A stretch of 49,747 bases of DNA from a virus (lineage: Duplodnaviria > Caudoviricetes), in the IMG/VR virus record IMGVR_UViG_3300017963_000080, positions 1-49,747 of that record; one strand, given 5' to 3'. Numbering within the stretch: the stretch's first letter is position 1; every line of letters starts with the position of its first letter. This document shows, one piece after another, positions 28,554 through 38,291 of this stretch. Both the position numbers and the translations under genes were made by a program. The notes below the pieces were generated by a model. That model saw only the letters and a list, made by a program, of their open reading frames with translations. It did no database searches and was not told the DNA's origin.

Positions 28554-29651
28554 ATGAAAACAGAACAATTGAAAGAGATCGCACAGGGCTCCCAATTTGC
28601 GGCATTAAGTAGTGGGAGAACACATGTCCAATGGGACAACAAGCCAAGTCAACTTGCGAACGAGATGCAGTCTGTATTGTCTTTTGCGGCAAATGAACAG
28701 CACCGGACACACTTGGCAGAGGCAGCATACGCCTACTCCAATATGCTAGAAGATTTCAAGGCTGACATGGTGGCCCCTGTATATCCTGTGACCGCGTTAG
28801 CAGGCAAATACCGAAAATATGCAGAGAGGTCATTTTATGACCGTCCCAAAACTAATAAAGGGAAAGATTCCCCTCCTAGCAGGATCGATATTGGAAGCGA
28901 ATTTGAAAACTATGATCTCTCTGGACGCGCATTATCGGTCTATATGTCTAACGTTGACCGTGACGACGCCATTAACCAATATGGAAGCGTTGAAAGATGG
29001 CGCTTCGTATTGACGCAACAATTAACCCATCTATTACTGCTTGACAGAGAGCTTACAGTAGCAGGTATCGCGCAAGACTCAACGCAATATGCGGCGGGGT
29101 TTAGTGCAACGGCATCACCCCTATGGACGGATGCAGCGGCAACATTATTGTCAGACGTACAGACTGGTGAGGATGCTTTGTTGTCGCCTAGAGATGTCCT
29201 TGTGTTCGGATACAACGTCTCTCGCGAATTACAGCGGCATCCACAGCTTACAGGATCAAGTGTAGTATCTGCGCGGAGTGGCAAGCGAAAAGATAATTAT
29301 CCATATGTAGACCACGAATATATCAGTAATTATTTTGACTCTGATATTATTGTATGCCCCGCACGGTACAACAGCAACCAGCCTGCTACAAGCCCTACAT
29401 TGTCTAGAATTTGGGCAGACTATGTGATTATTATGCACAATGGGGGGCAAATTGGAGTTCCTGAACTCGCAACCCCGTTCATGCGGACCTTCAAACTACA
29501 GTCAGCTTCATTCCCGAATGTAGGCGGATTTACTGTCAAGTCAGTAATGGATAATAACACAATGGCAGGGGGAGAACTGCTAATGGTTGGCTATTGGAGT
29601 CAAGAGAAAGTGTTTGCCCAGAAAGCAGGGTACTTGCTAAAGGCTCTATGA
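28554..29651 (+). CDS. Major capsid protein
   Basis: F.AD.VAPVYPV...GKY, LLLDRE; size and position. Confidence 0.8.
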   Translation: MKTEQLKEIAQGSQFAALSSGRTHVQWDNKPSQLANEMQSVLSFAANEQHRTHLAEAAYAYSNMLEDFKADMVAPVYPVTALAGKYRKYAERSFYDRPKTNKGKDSPPSRIDIGSEFENYDLSGRALSVYMSNVDRDDAINQYGSVERWRFVLTQQLTHLLLLDRELTVAGIAQDSTQYAAGFSATASPLWTDAAATLLSDVQTGEDALLSPRDVLVFGYNVSRELQRHPQLTGSSVVSARSGKRKDNYPYVDHEYISNYFDSDIIVCPARYNSNQPATSPTLSRIWADYVIIMHNGGQIGVPELATPFMRTFKLQSASFPNVGGFTVKSVMDNNTMAGGELLMVGYWSQEKVFAQKAGYLLKAL

Positions 29652-29655
29652 TAAT

Positions 29656-30144
29656 ATGAGTGAGTATTACAGTAGTCAAGCAACGCTTGAGGCTAAGGTC
29701 ATCCCCCTACGAGTCAAATTGTGGGGGGATAAGGACAGGGATGGAACAGTTGATTCAGAAACATTAGAGCAAGCTCTAGCTTTCGCGAAGAACCATATTT
29801 TGTCTGTAGTCTATCAGCGTTATGGAAGTCAGGCGGATGATTGGGACTTTGACACCGCACCTCCTATTATCAAAACGTTAAGTGATGACTTAGCGATATT
29901 TTATCTGGCAACCGGAACGCAAACCCTAAACCCTGTGATCCAGCAGAATTTTGAGAATGCGATGTCTACACTCAAGGCCATCAACCTATATGAGATGACT
30001 ATCCCAGGAGTGTCAGACGAAGATGATTACCAAATTATAACGGAAACATATGACAGCGATTTGACAGAGGATTGTACTTGCGACTGTCACAACAACGCGA
30101 CAATGAGTCCTTGTTGTAATTGCCACTGTAGTTGCTGCCACTGA
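29656..30144 (+). CDS. Head-tail adaptor (Mu gp36/DUF1320-like) with Cys/His-rich tail
   Basis: P.IIK.L..DLAIFYL...FENAM..LK.I; position after the capsid gene. Confidence 0.7.
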   Translation: MSEYYSSQATLEAKVIPLRVKLWGDKDRDGTVDSETLEQALAFAKNHILSVVYQRYGSQADDWDFDTAPPIIKTLSDDLAIFYLATGTQTLNPVIQQNFENAMSTLKAINLYEMTIPGVSDEDDYQIITETYDSDLTEDCTCDCHNNATMSPCCNCHCSCCH

Positions 30145-30157
30145 AAGGAGTATAAAA

Positions 30158-31324
30158 ATGCATAAATATATTAAGAAATACACTCCCCTTGTATTAGTTC
30201 TGGTCTTAGGGGCATTAAGTTTTGTCGCCTATGGGTTGACACAGGAAGCCTTCTATAGCGCGATCTACAACTCAAGCACACAGAGTGCAAGAGTAGAGAC
30301 TACTTCAGGAGCATGGACAGGAGCCGTAAGTATCGGCGAAGGGGCTTCTGTTAATACAACTGGTGCGGATAGTGACTCATATATTGAGGGGGATACTGAC
30401 ACACAGTTGTTGTATGTAGACGCCGGGAATGATAGGGTCGGAGTAAGCACAGGAACCCCTGATGTGCTTTTCCACACGGAGGCAACTACGGCCTTAACTA
30501 ATACAGTAAGTTACCCCATCAGAGTAACACACGAAACAAGTGGTTCACCTGCCAACGGAATTGGCGTTGGCTTACAATACGAACAAGAGACAAGTGCTGC
30601 TAACAATGAACTCATCATGTCTCTTGATGCCGTTGTAGATGATGCTACAGGGGCGAGTGAAGATGCCAGTTTTAGTCTCAAGCTTATGGAGGCAGGTGCG
30701 GCGGCCGCTGAAAAATTTGCAATTGAATCAACAGGAGTGATTACCCTTGTTAACGGCGAAACCATTGACAATAGCGTTGATGGTACAGTGACGATAACCT
30801 CTCCAATCATTGCTATTAGCGATGCATCTACGTATGGAGGAGATCTCACGTTAGAAAACGGCTTGGTTGTCAATAATTCAAGCAATGGGACTCTATTGAC
30901 AACATATGACAGCTCGCTTACTAACAGTATTCTCGATGCGCTATTTTTGAGGCATACAACTAGTGGCACACCTGCCAATGGGATCGGTCTTCGTATGGTT
31001 TTTTCACAGGAAACTAGCGCTGGAAATGTTGAGAGTATCGCAGCGATTGATGCTGTCGCGAGCGAAACAACTCCATCCCTTGAATCAGGTGAGTTGTTAT
31101 TCCTAACCCAGACAGGTGGAGCAGCGGCAACCGAGAAACTACGTATACATGACACGGGAGAAGTAGAGTTTCAGAAGGGAATTGTTCCTGATGCTGTTAC
31201 GGCTGACCCGTGTGGTAGCGGATACCCTGAAGGCAGTATTTTTTACAATGATACCGCGAATGTATTATGCTTCTGCGATGGAACGAATGACCTTAAAATC
31301 TCAGATGGATCAGCATGTTTCTAG
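30158..31324 (+). CDS. Putative virion/fibre-like protein with N-terminal signal or TM helix
   Basis: LVLVLVLGALSFVAYG; LYVDAGNDRVGV.T.TP; duplicated H.TSG.PANGIG module. Confidence 0.6.
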   Translation: MHKYIKKYTPLVLVLVLGALSFVAYGLTQEAFYSAIYNSSTQSARVETTSGAWTGAVSIGEGASVNTTGADSDSYIEGDTDTQLLYVDAGNDRVGVSTGTPDVLFHTEATTALTNTVSYPIRVTHETSGSPANGIGVGLQYEQETSAANNELIMSLDAVVDDATGASEDASFSLKLMEAGAAAAEKFAIESTGVITLVNGETIDNSVDGTVTITSPIIAISDASTYGGDLTLENGLVVNNSSNGTLLTTYDSSLTNSILDALFLRHTTSGTPANGIGLRMVFSQETSAGNVESIAAIDAVASETTPSLESGELLFLTQTGGAAATEKLRIHDTGEVEFQKGIVPDAVTADPCGSGYPEGSIFYNDTANVLCFCDGTNDLKISDGSACF

Positions 31325-31337
31325 GGAGGAATAAGCT

Positions 31338-32741
31338 ATGAGTAGAGAAGTAGTCATACTCAAAAATACCGTATTCTCTTACAGGGAAGAGTCCGTTGTT
31401 GGGACTGCCCCCAGTGACTCTGACAATACAGCAATTGTCCTCGTTCGGACAGACACTCCTGCCACGTGGACACTGGGAAGGGAAATCCTGGAGACGCGGT
31501 ATATGAACGGAGTCTTAGGTAGAAACCCGCCCCAAATAGGGATGTATAACGAGGATATTGGGTATGTCATACCAGTATTTGCAAGGGGGGCTGGAACACA
31601 GGGAGTTGCACCAGACTATAGCCTTCTCCTTAAACACACTATGGGTGGACTTAATGCACCCACAGGTGGAGTTGTTGCTGCGGCGCCAACAAGCACGGAT
31701 ATTACTGTCACTGGAGGAAGTGGATGGGTGGTTGGTGACATCGCGCGCATTGAATACAATGGTGCCGCTGGAGGAAGTTATGCAATCAGACGGGTAACTG
31801 ATGTCAGCGGAGGAAACGCACTTACGTTGTGGCCCCCATTGCCAGACTCAGGGCTTGCAGCCGGTGGTGACGTACAGGCCGGGGTCACGCATCTCCTAAA
31901 GAGTGATCCCAGCGATTTCAGCACAGGGTCAGGGTTCTTCTATTTTGACGGTGATAAGAAGGATGTTTTCACCGGATGCATGGGAAGCAACCTTGCTATC
32001 AATTGGGAGGTTGGTCAGCGCATTGACATGCAATTTACAATGCAAGCGATCAACTACGCCTATAGCGAGACAGCGATAGGCTACACGGTTGTCCCATCTG
32101 ACTACGTTACGACGACTCCAATCATGTGCCTTGGTATCGAGCTTGACATATATTATAGCGCAACAGTCGTCACAGGAAGCACGGCGACAGACGTAATTCT
32201 GACATCGACAGGCGGTCTTGAAATCGAGGCAACGGATGAAGTTATTGTGTATGTTGATGCAAGCTCAGATTACGAAACACGTACTCCGTCTGTTGTGGCA
32301 GGCTCAGGGATCGGAAATAAAACTGTCACTGTCAGCGCATTGTCAGGAGCGCCTTCTGCCGGAAATGCGGCCTATATTAGGCACACAGAATGTTTGCCGT
32401 CTCTCTCTGTAACGCTTGAGAACATCCTTAATAAGGATATGTGTATGCACGTGGATAGTGGGTACACCAACCAAGCTGTCACTGACCGCAACATTGATTT
32501 TGTGGCAGACAACGCAAGATGGCGTACAATTTTAGAGCGCTATATGCGAGACAACGTTGTCGGTTTTGAATTGCGTGCAATAGGCGGTGACACCGCTGGA
32601 AACATCTTCGTCATGTGGTTGCCTAACGCCTATTATGGCGAATTACCACGTGGAGAAGATGCTGGCAAGATAACGCAAGCCTGGAATGGCTGGGGTACCG
32701 TCGATGCCGGAAACGATGAACTTATTATTGCACACCTATAA
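31338..32741 (+). CDS. Major tail (tube) protein with insertion domains
   Basis: Position before the chaperones; FTGC, GNIFV..LP C-terminal pattern. Confidence 0.65.
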   Translation: MSREVVILKNTVFSYREESVVGTAPSDSDNTAIVLVRTDTPATWTLGREILETRYMNGVLGRNPPQIGMYNEDIGYVIPVFARGAGTQGVAPDYSLLLKHTMGGLNAPTGGVVAAAPTSTDITVTGGSGWVVGDIARIEYNGAAGGSYAIRRVTDVSGGNALTLWPPLPDSGLAAGGDVQAGVTHLLKSDPSDFSTGSGFFYFDGDKKDVFTGCMGSNLAINWEVGQRIDMQFTMQAINYAYSETAIGYTVVPSDYVTTTPIMCLGIELDIYYSATVVTGSTATDVILTSTGGLEIEATDEVIVYVDASSDYETRTPSVVAGSGIGNKTVTVSALSGAPSAGNAAYIRHTECLPSLSVTLENILNKDMCMHVDSGYTNQAVTDRNIDFVADNARWRTILERYMRDNVVGFELRAIGGDTAGNIFVMWLPNAYYGELPRGEDAGKITQAWNGWGTVDAGNDELIIAHL

Positions 32742-32765
32742 TAATATAATAGAGGATAGGGAACT

Positions 32766-33221
32766 ATGCTAGACATTGACAGGATATTGGCAGAACGTGA
32801 TGAGGTTAACGAATTTGTGCTTGAAATTAAGGAAGGCTTAGGAGAGGACGGGATCAATAACGATTGGTCTCTCACTATCAAGGCGCCAAGCCACAAACAA
32901 TGGCAAAAGTGGCTATTAACCTACAACAAGGTCAACGCACAATTGGCAGCAACATACATTGGAAACGAATCAGAGGATATTGACCAAAAAGAATTGTCTA
33001 TCCCTATCCTCATGAAACTGACGGATCATCAACGCGAATTATGTGACATAGGACGCGAAATAATTGCCCTTGCGAAAGCATGGCATGGCGTCAAAGGAGA
33101 GTTCTCAGTCCAGAAAGCTCTCAAGTATTTCGAGAGCTACCCACAACAACAACTGATGATTATCGTCTATGTGTTTCTGAAAAATTATGAAACATGGTTG
33201 GCAACGCTAAAAAAAAGTTAA
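32766..33221 (+). CDS. Tail assembly chaperone (gpG-like)
   Basis: Follows the tail tube gene; ends at slippery CTAAAAAAAAG. Confidence 0.7.
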   Translation: MLDIDRILAERDEVNEFVLEIKEGLGEDGINNDWSLTIKAPSHKQWQKWLLTYNKVNAQLAATYIGNESEDIDQKELSIPILMKLTDHQRELCDIGREIIALAKAWHGVKGEFSVQKALKYFESYPQQQLMIIVYVFLKNYETWLATLKKS

Positions 33222-33565
33222 AGACTTATGCCATGTTTGTCAAAAACGGATACGAAAACGTATGTTCTGAGTGCCTCGTTGAACAACAAAATAAACGGGT
33301 TCCTATACATGAGCGGAAGCAGGTTCTTTACCCATGCCGCGTGCATGGGGACCCAACGCAACCCAACGGGAACGTGCTGCTTGCTTGGTGGCTATACGGA
33401 AAAATGCCGCTTGACAAACAACTAAAAAAAGGGGAAAACTACATCAATTTCCCCAAAATTAATATAAGTGTTCTCGACACACTCCTCAGTTGGTTAGGGC
33501 TTGAGGACGATGGGGCGCTTTGGCTAGAGCTATTAGAGGTGCTTGATAATGCATATACTCAATGA
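33194..33565 (+). CDS. Tail assembly chaperone frameshift extension (gpGT-like)
   Basis: -1 frame ORF overlapping the A8 run. Confidence 0.65.
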   Translation: MVGNAKKKLKTYAMFVKNGYENVCSECLVEQQNKRVPIHERKQVLYPCRVHGDPTQPNGNVLLAWWLYGKMPLDKQLKKGENYINFPKINISVLDTLLSWLGLEDDGALWLELLEVLDNAYTQ

Positions 33566-34019
33566 TCTATTAAGCGAAATCAAAGATGAGGTAGATACGA
33601 ATTCAAACCTTGACTACATCGTTCATACTGAGATCGTGCAAAGCTTTAGCGTCTTAAACCTGGAACAGCAACTCCATGAGACGCCCTTATGCCTTATATT
33701 TCCGCTGTCAACTCAATTCACCCCTGTTTCATTCGCCGTGGCCTGCGAAGATCATGTATACAATATTGGTTTAGCAATTATTATTGATAATTGGGGGGAG
33801 CAAAGCTACTCTTTCGTCTCACAATATCCTAATTTTAAAGGGGTGGCAGAGATCGAGAGTGATGTCAGAACAGCCCTTAATCGTAACACCTTCACATATG
33901 CAAAAAATGAGTTAGAGTCATTCTTTACAGGGGCAACCTATAGCAACCTTGATCTAGAAGACAGGTCTCTTGCGCAGGTCACATGCACATTACAATATAG
34001 ATATTCTGACATAGGATAA
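33543..34019 (+). CDS. Putative tail terminator/completion protein
   Basis: Size, position, P...I.P motif. Confidence 0.55.
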   Translation: MIMHILNDLLSEIKDEVDTNSNLDYIVHTEIVQSFSVLNLEQQLHETPLCLIFPLSTQFTPVSFAVACEDHVYNIGLAIIIDNWGEQSYSFVSQYPNFKGVAEIESDVRTALNRNTFTYAKNELESFFTGATYSNLDLEDRSLAQVTCTLQYRYSDIG

Positions 34020-34028
34020 GGATATAAA

Positions 34029-34445
34029 ATGTTTGCATTTAGAGTAGATGGCGCGGAAGCCATAATTAATAAATTTAAAAATAAACGACAAATCTTAAAT
34101 AATGGCAGAGGGGCGTTGTACCCACAAATATCAGATGTGGTACAAACATCAATCTCACGCAATTTTGACTCAGGTGGCCGCCCCCGCTGGAGGCCACGTA
34201 CTCGAAACTATTCATGGCCTATCCTCCAGAAGACGCGGAAGATGCGTAGACGCGCTGAACAGACTGCATTGACAGGGTGGTTTCACCGCGCTGGGAAGCA
34301 TGTTCTTAACATAATGTCCCCTTATTATGGGGTATATCATCAGAATGGGACTCAAAAGCTGCCGAGGAGAAGCTTCGTGAAGCTGCAACCATACGGAAAA
34401 GAAACCATTATGCAAGTCATAATAGCGTTCTTTAAGCTTGATTAA
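34029..34445 (+). CDS. Virion morphogenesis protein (Mu gpG-like)
   Basis: NFDSGGRPRW...ILQ.T...YG.YHQ.GT.KLPRR.F. Confidence 0.8.
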   Translation: MFAFRVDGAEAIINKFKNKRQILNNGRGALYPQISDVVQTSISRNFDSGGRPRWRPRTRNYSWPILQKTRKMRRRAEQTALTGWFHRAGKHVLNIMSPYYGVYHQNGTQKLPRRSFVKLQPYGKETIMQVIIAFFKLD

Positions 34446-34446
34446 T

Positions 34447-37203
34447 ATGGCAGACCAAGTTGTATTCTCAATCGTCGTTGATGATGAGGCGTCAAGCGTC
34501 CTCAAGACCATAGAATCCCTCCTGAAGGACATTAATAGTGCATCGAAGGACGTGTCAAAAAACTTCTCTAATATTTCAGATAGCCTAAAGATTAAGCCGT
34601 TTGCAGATCTAGGGAAGCATGGTTCAAGCGCTATTGATAAGATCTCAACATCAGTTTTGAACCTTGCTGAAAACGCTATAGAGTCTGGTCTGCTTGGGGC
34701 ATTGTCACTTGCAAAAGCGGCCTTTAGCGAAGTAACCTCTGTAATCACATCTATAGGGAGTGCGGTGTTTGAGTTTGGGACGGACAGTGTTATGGCCGCG
34801 TCAGACTTACAAGACAGCCTGTCGGGGGTCAGGAAAACTGCGAACCTAACATCGACTCAAGTTGACGAATTAGCCAACAAGGTGAGGGATCTGTCAGTGG
34901 AAACCCTGAAAGGGGCGGTGTCTACTGAGGAATTAGGAGAAATCCTTGAGATAGCAGGACAACAAGGAATATTAGCTGGAGATAGCTTTGACGAAACGTC
35001 AGGGGCCGCATTGAAATTCGCTGAAGACGTGGCAAAAATGGCAACGGCGCTAGACTTATCATTTTCAAAAGCTGCTGATAGGCTATCAGCGTTTAACTCT
35101 GCTTTTGGTGGGCTACCTGAAAATATTGGAAATGTAGCGAATGCATTCAACGTGTTAGCAGATACGACACAAGCAAATGTTAGTCCGATGCTAGAGATGG
35201 CAAGGAGATTAGCCCCTGTAGTCTCTCAGTTGCCCATACTCCAGAGTGAGGTTATAGGGCTAACAGGAGCCCTGAGTGCGCTAAAAATTGGCCCTCAACA
35301 AGCTTCAACTGCCCTTTCAAGCCTATTCAAAAAGATGAATTCAGACACCAAGGCATTTGCAGAAGCATTTGCCATTGACTTTGAATCCTTCAACAAGCTA
35401 GTACAAACAGACACCACAGCGGCCTTTGAAGTGCTGTTGAACAACATAAGTAGAATGCGTGACAGTGGCCCGGAGGGGATACAGCTAGTAAGCCAGGCTT
35501 TAAAAGAATTAAGCCTTACAGGGCAAGGGGTTAGTACAGTCTTGTTAGGTTTATCTGGACTTGGTGATAGCTTGCGGACAGACTTTCTAGATCCTGCGTC
35601 AGAAGGAATTACTAATATGGATAGCATCACTCAAGAGTTCCTGAATTCCACAGCCCGTTTGTCGTCAATATGGGAAGGATTGGGTGCTATAATGACCGAC
35701 ATTAAGGTTATATTAGGGACTGATGTTGTAGAGGCGTTAGAGATTATCGCCGGAAGCAACATTCGAGACCTCGCTTTGCAATTTCGTGAATGGCTAGAAA
35801 GTTCACAATTCCTTGAAGAATTCTTGCCTGATGCATTACAACGGATCATTGACATTGTAGATGCCTTAACACTAAAGGCAATTCAAGTAGCTGATTCATT
35901 CAGGTTTGATGGGGCTAAGGACGCAGGAGAAGCTTTTCTCGTCACGCTAGAGAGCATTAGGGAGTGGATTGCAACTTTACCAGCAGATACTATACGTCAA
36001 CGACTGGTAGACGCTTTTCAATTCGCTGCTGACACCGCACGGACTTTTTTTGATTTGGTAACGTATGGGTTTCAAAATGTTGACGCTATTGTCAGCGCTG
36101 GGAGATCGGTATGGGAAGGGCTTAAAGTCGCCGTAGAAGGCGTCAAAATAGCCTTCGAAACGGTAAAGACGACAGCCAATGATCTTGTCTCTATATTCGG
36201 GCCCATTATTAGTGATATTGTTGGGGCTTTTGGTGGTGCTGCGGACACTATTATCGGCACATTCAACACTATTTCTGGTGCATTGGGGGCTTTTGGCGCG
36301 GCGGCAAAGTCCGCTATCCTTGCAACTATAAGCCTATTACAAGGAGACCTAAGAGGGGCAATTAACAATGTGACACAAGGCATCAGTAAGGTGAGTCAAC
36401 ACATTGAGAATATGTTTAGTGGGCTAAAGTCATTCTTTGGAGGCGTCATACAAGTTATTAAAGATGGTTTGGGGCTTGTCGGAAGTTTGGCAAGCGCCAT
36501 TGGGAAAGTCACTGACAAAATCGCAAAGCTTGGAGACCTTGCGACAGGAAACTCTGTGTTTCCAGACATGCTTGAATCCATTGGAGAGAATGTGGATGCT
36601 CTAGGGACGCTTGAAAGCAAAATTAGTGACAACACGAAGTCAATGGCAGATTTAGGAATGGTAGCCACAGGAAACTCAACATTACCTGACATGCTTGCAT
36701 CCCTCGAAGAAAATAACAAGGCATTCGCGGAACTTCAAGGAGCTATACAACAGACTAGAGATGAAATTGGAGAGGCTAAGGAGATTGCTGAATATTGGGA
36801 CAATATGGCCGATATCTTTGGGGTATACCCACTAGAGGGAGAATCAAGGCGTGCCTTATATGCGTTTGTCCGTAATTCTAGGGAAGATGTCATGAGAGCA
36901 GAGGCAGCCATGCGAGATCTCCTGATAGAACAGCAACGGTACCTTAACGAAGCGAGGTTAGAACAGATGAACCTAATAGAGAGTACTTCAGGCTTTGCCG
37001 TTCAAGGCGGACAACCCGCACAACAACCAGCGGCAACAGGACAACAGCAGCTTGCAACTGTAGCCCCTACGCGAAGTATAGATCGGAGCATTGTTGTGAA
37101 TTTTGAGGGTACTAATGTTGTTGATGAGAACTCTCTAGAGAGGTTCGCCGCAAGGATTGGTGAGATTGTTAAGGAACAAGATGCTAGACTTGTAATGGCA
37201 TAG
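34447..37203 (+). CDS. Tape measure protein (TP901-family core)
   Basis: Long helical protein; VRKTANL, AGQQGI, A..A.TALS. Confidence 0.88.
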   Translation: MADQVVFSIVVDDEASSVLKTIESLLKDINSASKDVSKNFSNISDSLKIKPFADLGKHGSSAIDKISTSVLNLAENAIESGLLGALSLAKAAFSEVTSVITSIGSAVFEFGTDSVMAASDLQDSLSGVRKTANLTSTQVDELANKVRDLSVETLKGAVSTEELGEILEIAGQQGILAGDSFDETSGAALKFAEDVAKMATALDLSFSKAADRLSAFNSAFGGLPENIGNVANAFNVLADTTQANVSPMLEMARRLAPVVSQLPILQSEVIGLTGALSALKIGPQQASTALSSLFKKMNSDTKAFAEAFAIDFESFNKLVQTDTTAAFEVLLNNISRMRDSGPEGIQLVSQALKELSLTGQGVSTVLLGLSGLGDSLRTDFLDPASEGITNMDSITQEFLNSTARLSSIWEGLGAIMTDIKVILGTDVVEALEIIAGSNIRDLALQFREWLESSQFLEEFLPDALQRIIDIVDALTLKAIQVADSFRFDGAKDAGEAFLVTLESIREWIATLPADTIRQRLVDAFQFAADTARTFFDLVTYGFQNVDAIVSAGRSVWEGLKVAVEGVKIAFETVKTTANDLVSIFGPIISDIVGAFGGAADTIIGTFNTISGALGAFGAAAKSAILATISLLQGDLRGAINNVTQGISKVSQHIENMFSGLKSFFGGVIQVIKDGLGLVGSLASAIGKVTDKIAKLGDLATGNSVFPDMLESIGENVDALGTLESKISDNTKSMADLGMVATGNSTLPDMLASLEENNKAFAELQGAIQQTRDEIGEAKEIAEYWDNMADIFGVYPLEGESRRALYAFVRNSREDVMRAEAAMRDLLIEQQRYLNEARLEQMNLIESTSGFAVQGGQPAQQPAATGQQQLATVAPTRSIDRSIVVNFEGTNVVDENSLERFAARIGEIVKEQDARLVMA

Positions 37204-37214
37204 AGGTAGCAATA

Positions 37215-38291
37215 ATGGCGTATGGACAACTAAGATTTCTCTATGATAATAGAGTGACATCTCTTGATATGATAACCCCAGGATCTCAAGCCACTGGCAT
37301 TGTCAGTGGGGGGCAAAAAACTATAGGCACTGAGAGCGCAATCCTCGTTGCAGTGGGGTCATATTCAGGCGCAGAAGACTTGTTGTATACCGTCCAGATT
37401 GATAGTACAACCCCAGGCGTTTCCGTTGGGCAAGCTACCTTCCGGTGGAGGACATCTGAAACGGCATCAGGATGGGAAGCGTCCGGAGTCACCACCTCTT
37501 CAACCCTATTGACACTCAATTACGGGGTAAAAATCGCGTGGCAAAGTGGGGATGGAAATGATTTCGCAGTAGGGAACACATGGATCTTTAACGCCAACGC
37601 AATATTCGGCCCTGGGCGCCTAATAGACCACGAGCGGAATACCATATTCCGGACAGGCAGCACGTATACCGTAGTAATAGATCTAGGTTCAGCGCAACAA
37701 ATAACAGCTTTTGCATTACTTGACCACAACGTTACCACAGGGGGGACATTCACGCTACAAGCGAACACATCAGATTCATGGGGTTCCCCCGCTTATTCCC
37801 AAGTTGTGACCATACAAGATCCAATGTATCTCTACCTTGATGAGACGTATAGGTACTGGAGACTTGTTCCTGTTGATGGTGCCATTTCATATTTTGAGGC
37901 CGGGGAACTATTCCTCGGACAGTACACTGAGCTTGAGAAATGCAACGCAGATTGGGGGGCGGTACAAACCAACGGCTATGTATTGTATAGCAATAATTCA
38001 TACACTGGCTTGCAGCGCAGGAAAGCCTATGCAAAACAACGGAAGCTTAACCTTAGCTTCCCGCTGACAAGCAACACAGACATCGATACTATTACGACAA
38101 TGCAAGACGCGTTGGTGGACCTTGAAACTGGAGAGGTAAACCCATTGCTTGTTCATCTGTATTACGATGAGGCAGACAAGCTGTATTATATGGATTGGGA
38201 TAATATTAATGCCTGGGGGGTTGAGTTTTTTCGCGTCGGCTGGAATAATATGACAATGCAATTTACAGAACAGGTTAAGAGTAGAATATAA
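37215..38291 (+). CDS. Putative distal tail protein
   Basis: Follows the tape measure gene; beta-rich; TYRYWRL..GELFLG. Confidence 0.6.
   Translation: MAYGQLRFLYDNRVTSLDMITPGSQATGIVSGGQKTIGTESAILVAVGSYSGAEDLLYTVQIDSTTPGVSVGQATFRWRTSETASGWEASGVTTSSTLLTLNYGVKIAWQSGDGNDFAVGNTWIFNANAIFGPGRLIDHERNTIFRTGSTYTVVIDLGSAQQITAFALLDHNVTTGGTFTLQANTSDSWGSPAYSQVVTIQDPMYLYLDETYRYWRLVPVDGAISYFEAGELFLGQYTELEKCNADWGAVQTNGYVLYSNNSYTGLQRRKAYAKQRKLNLSFPLTSNTDIDTITTMQDALVDLETGEVNPLLVHLYYDEADKLYYMDWDNINAWGVEFFRVGWNNMTMQFTEQVKSRI

Noticed and set aside
18232-30144. Transposable Mu-like lifestyle
   Set aside because: Only the head genes are Mu-like; no MuA/MuB or host-DNA ends are seen, and the genome has its own primase and helicase.
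30511-31155. Long minus-strand ORFs across structural genes
   Set aside because: Antisense shadows of well-supported plus-strand genes, with no recognisable motifs.
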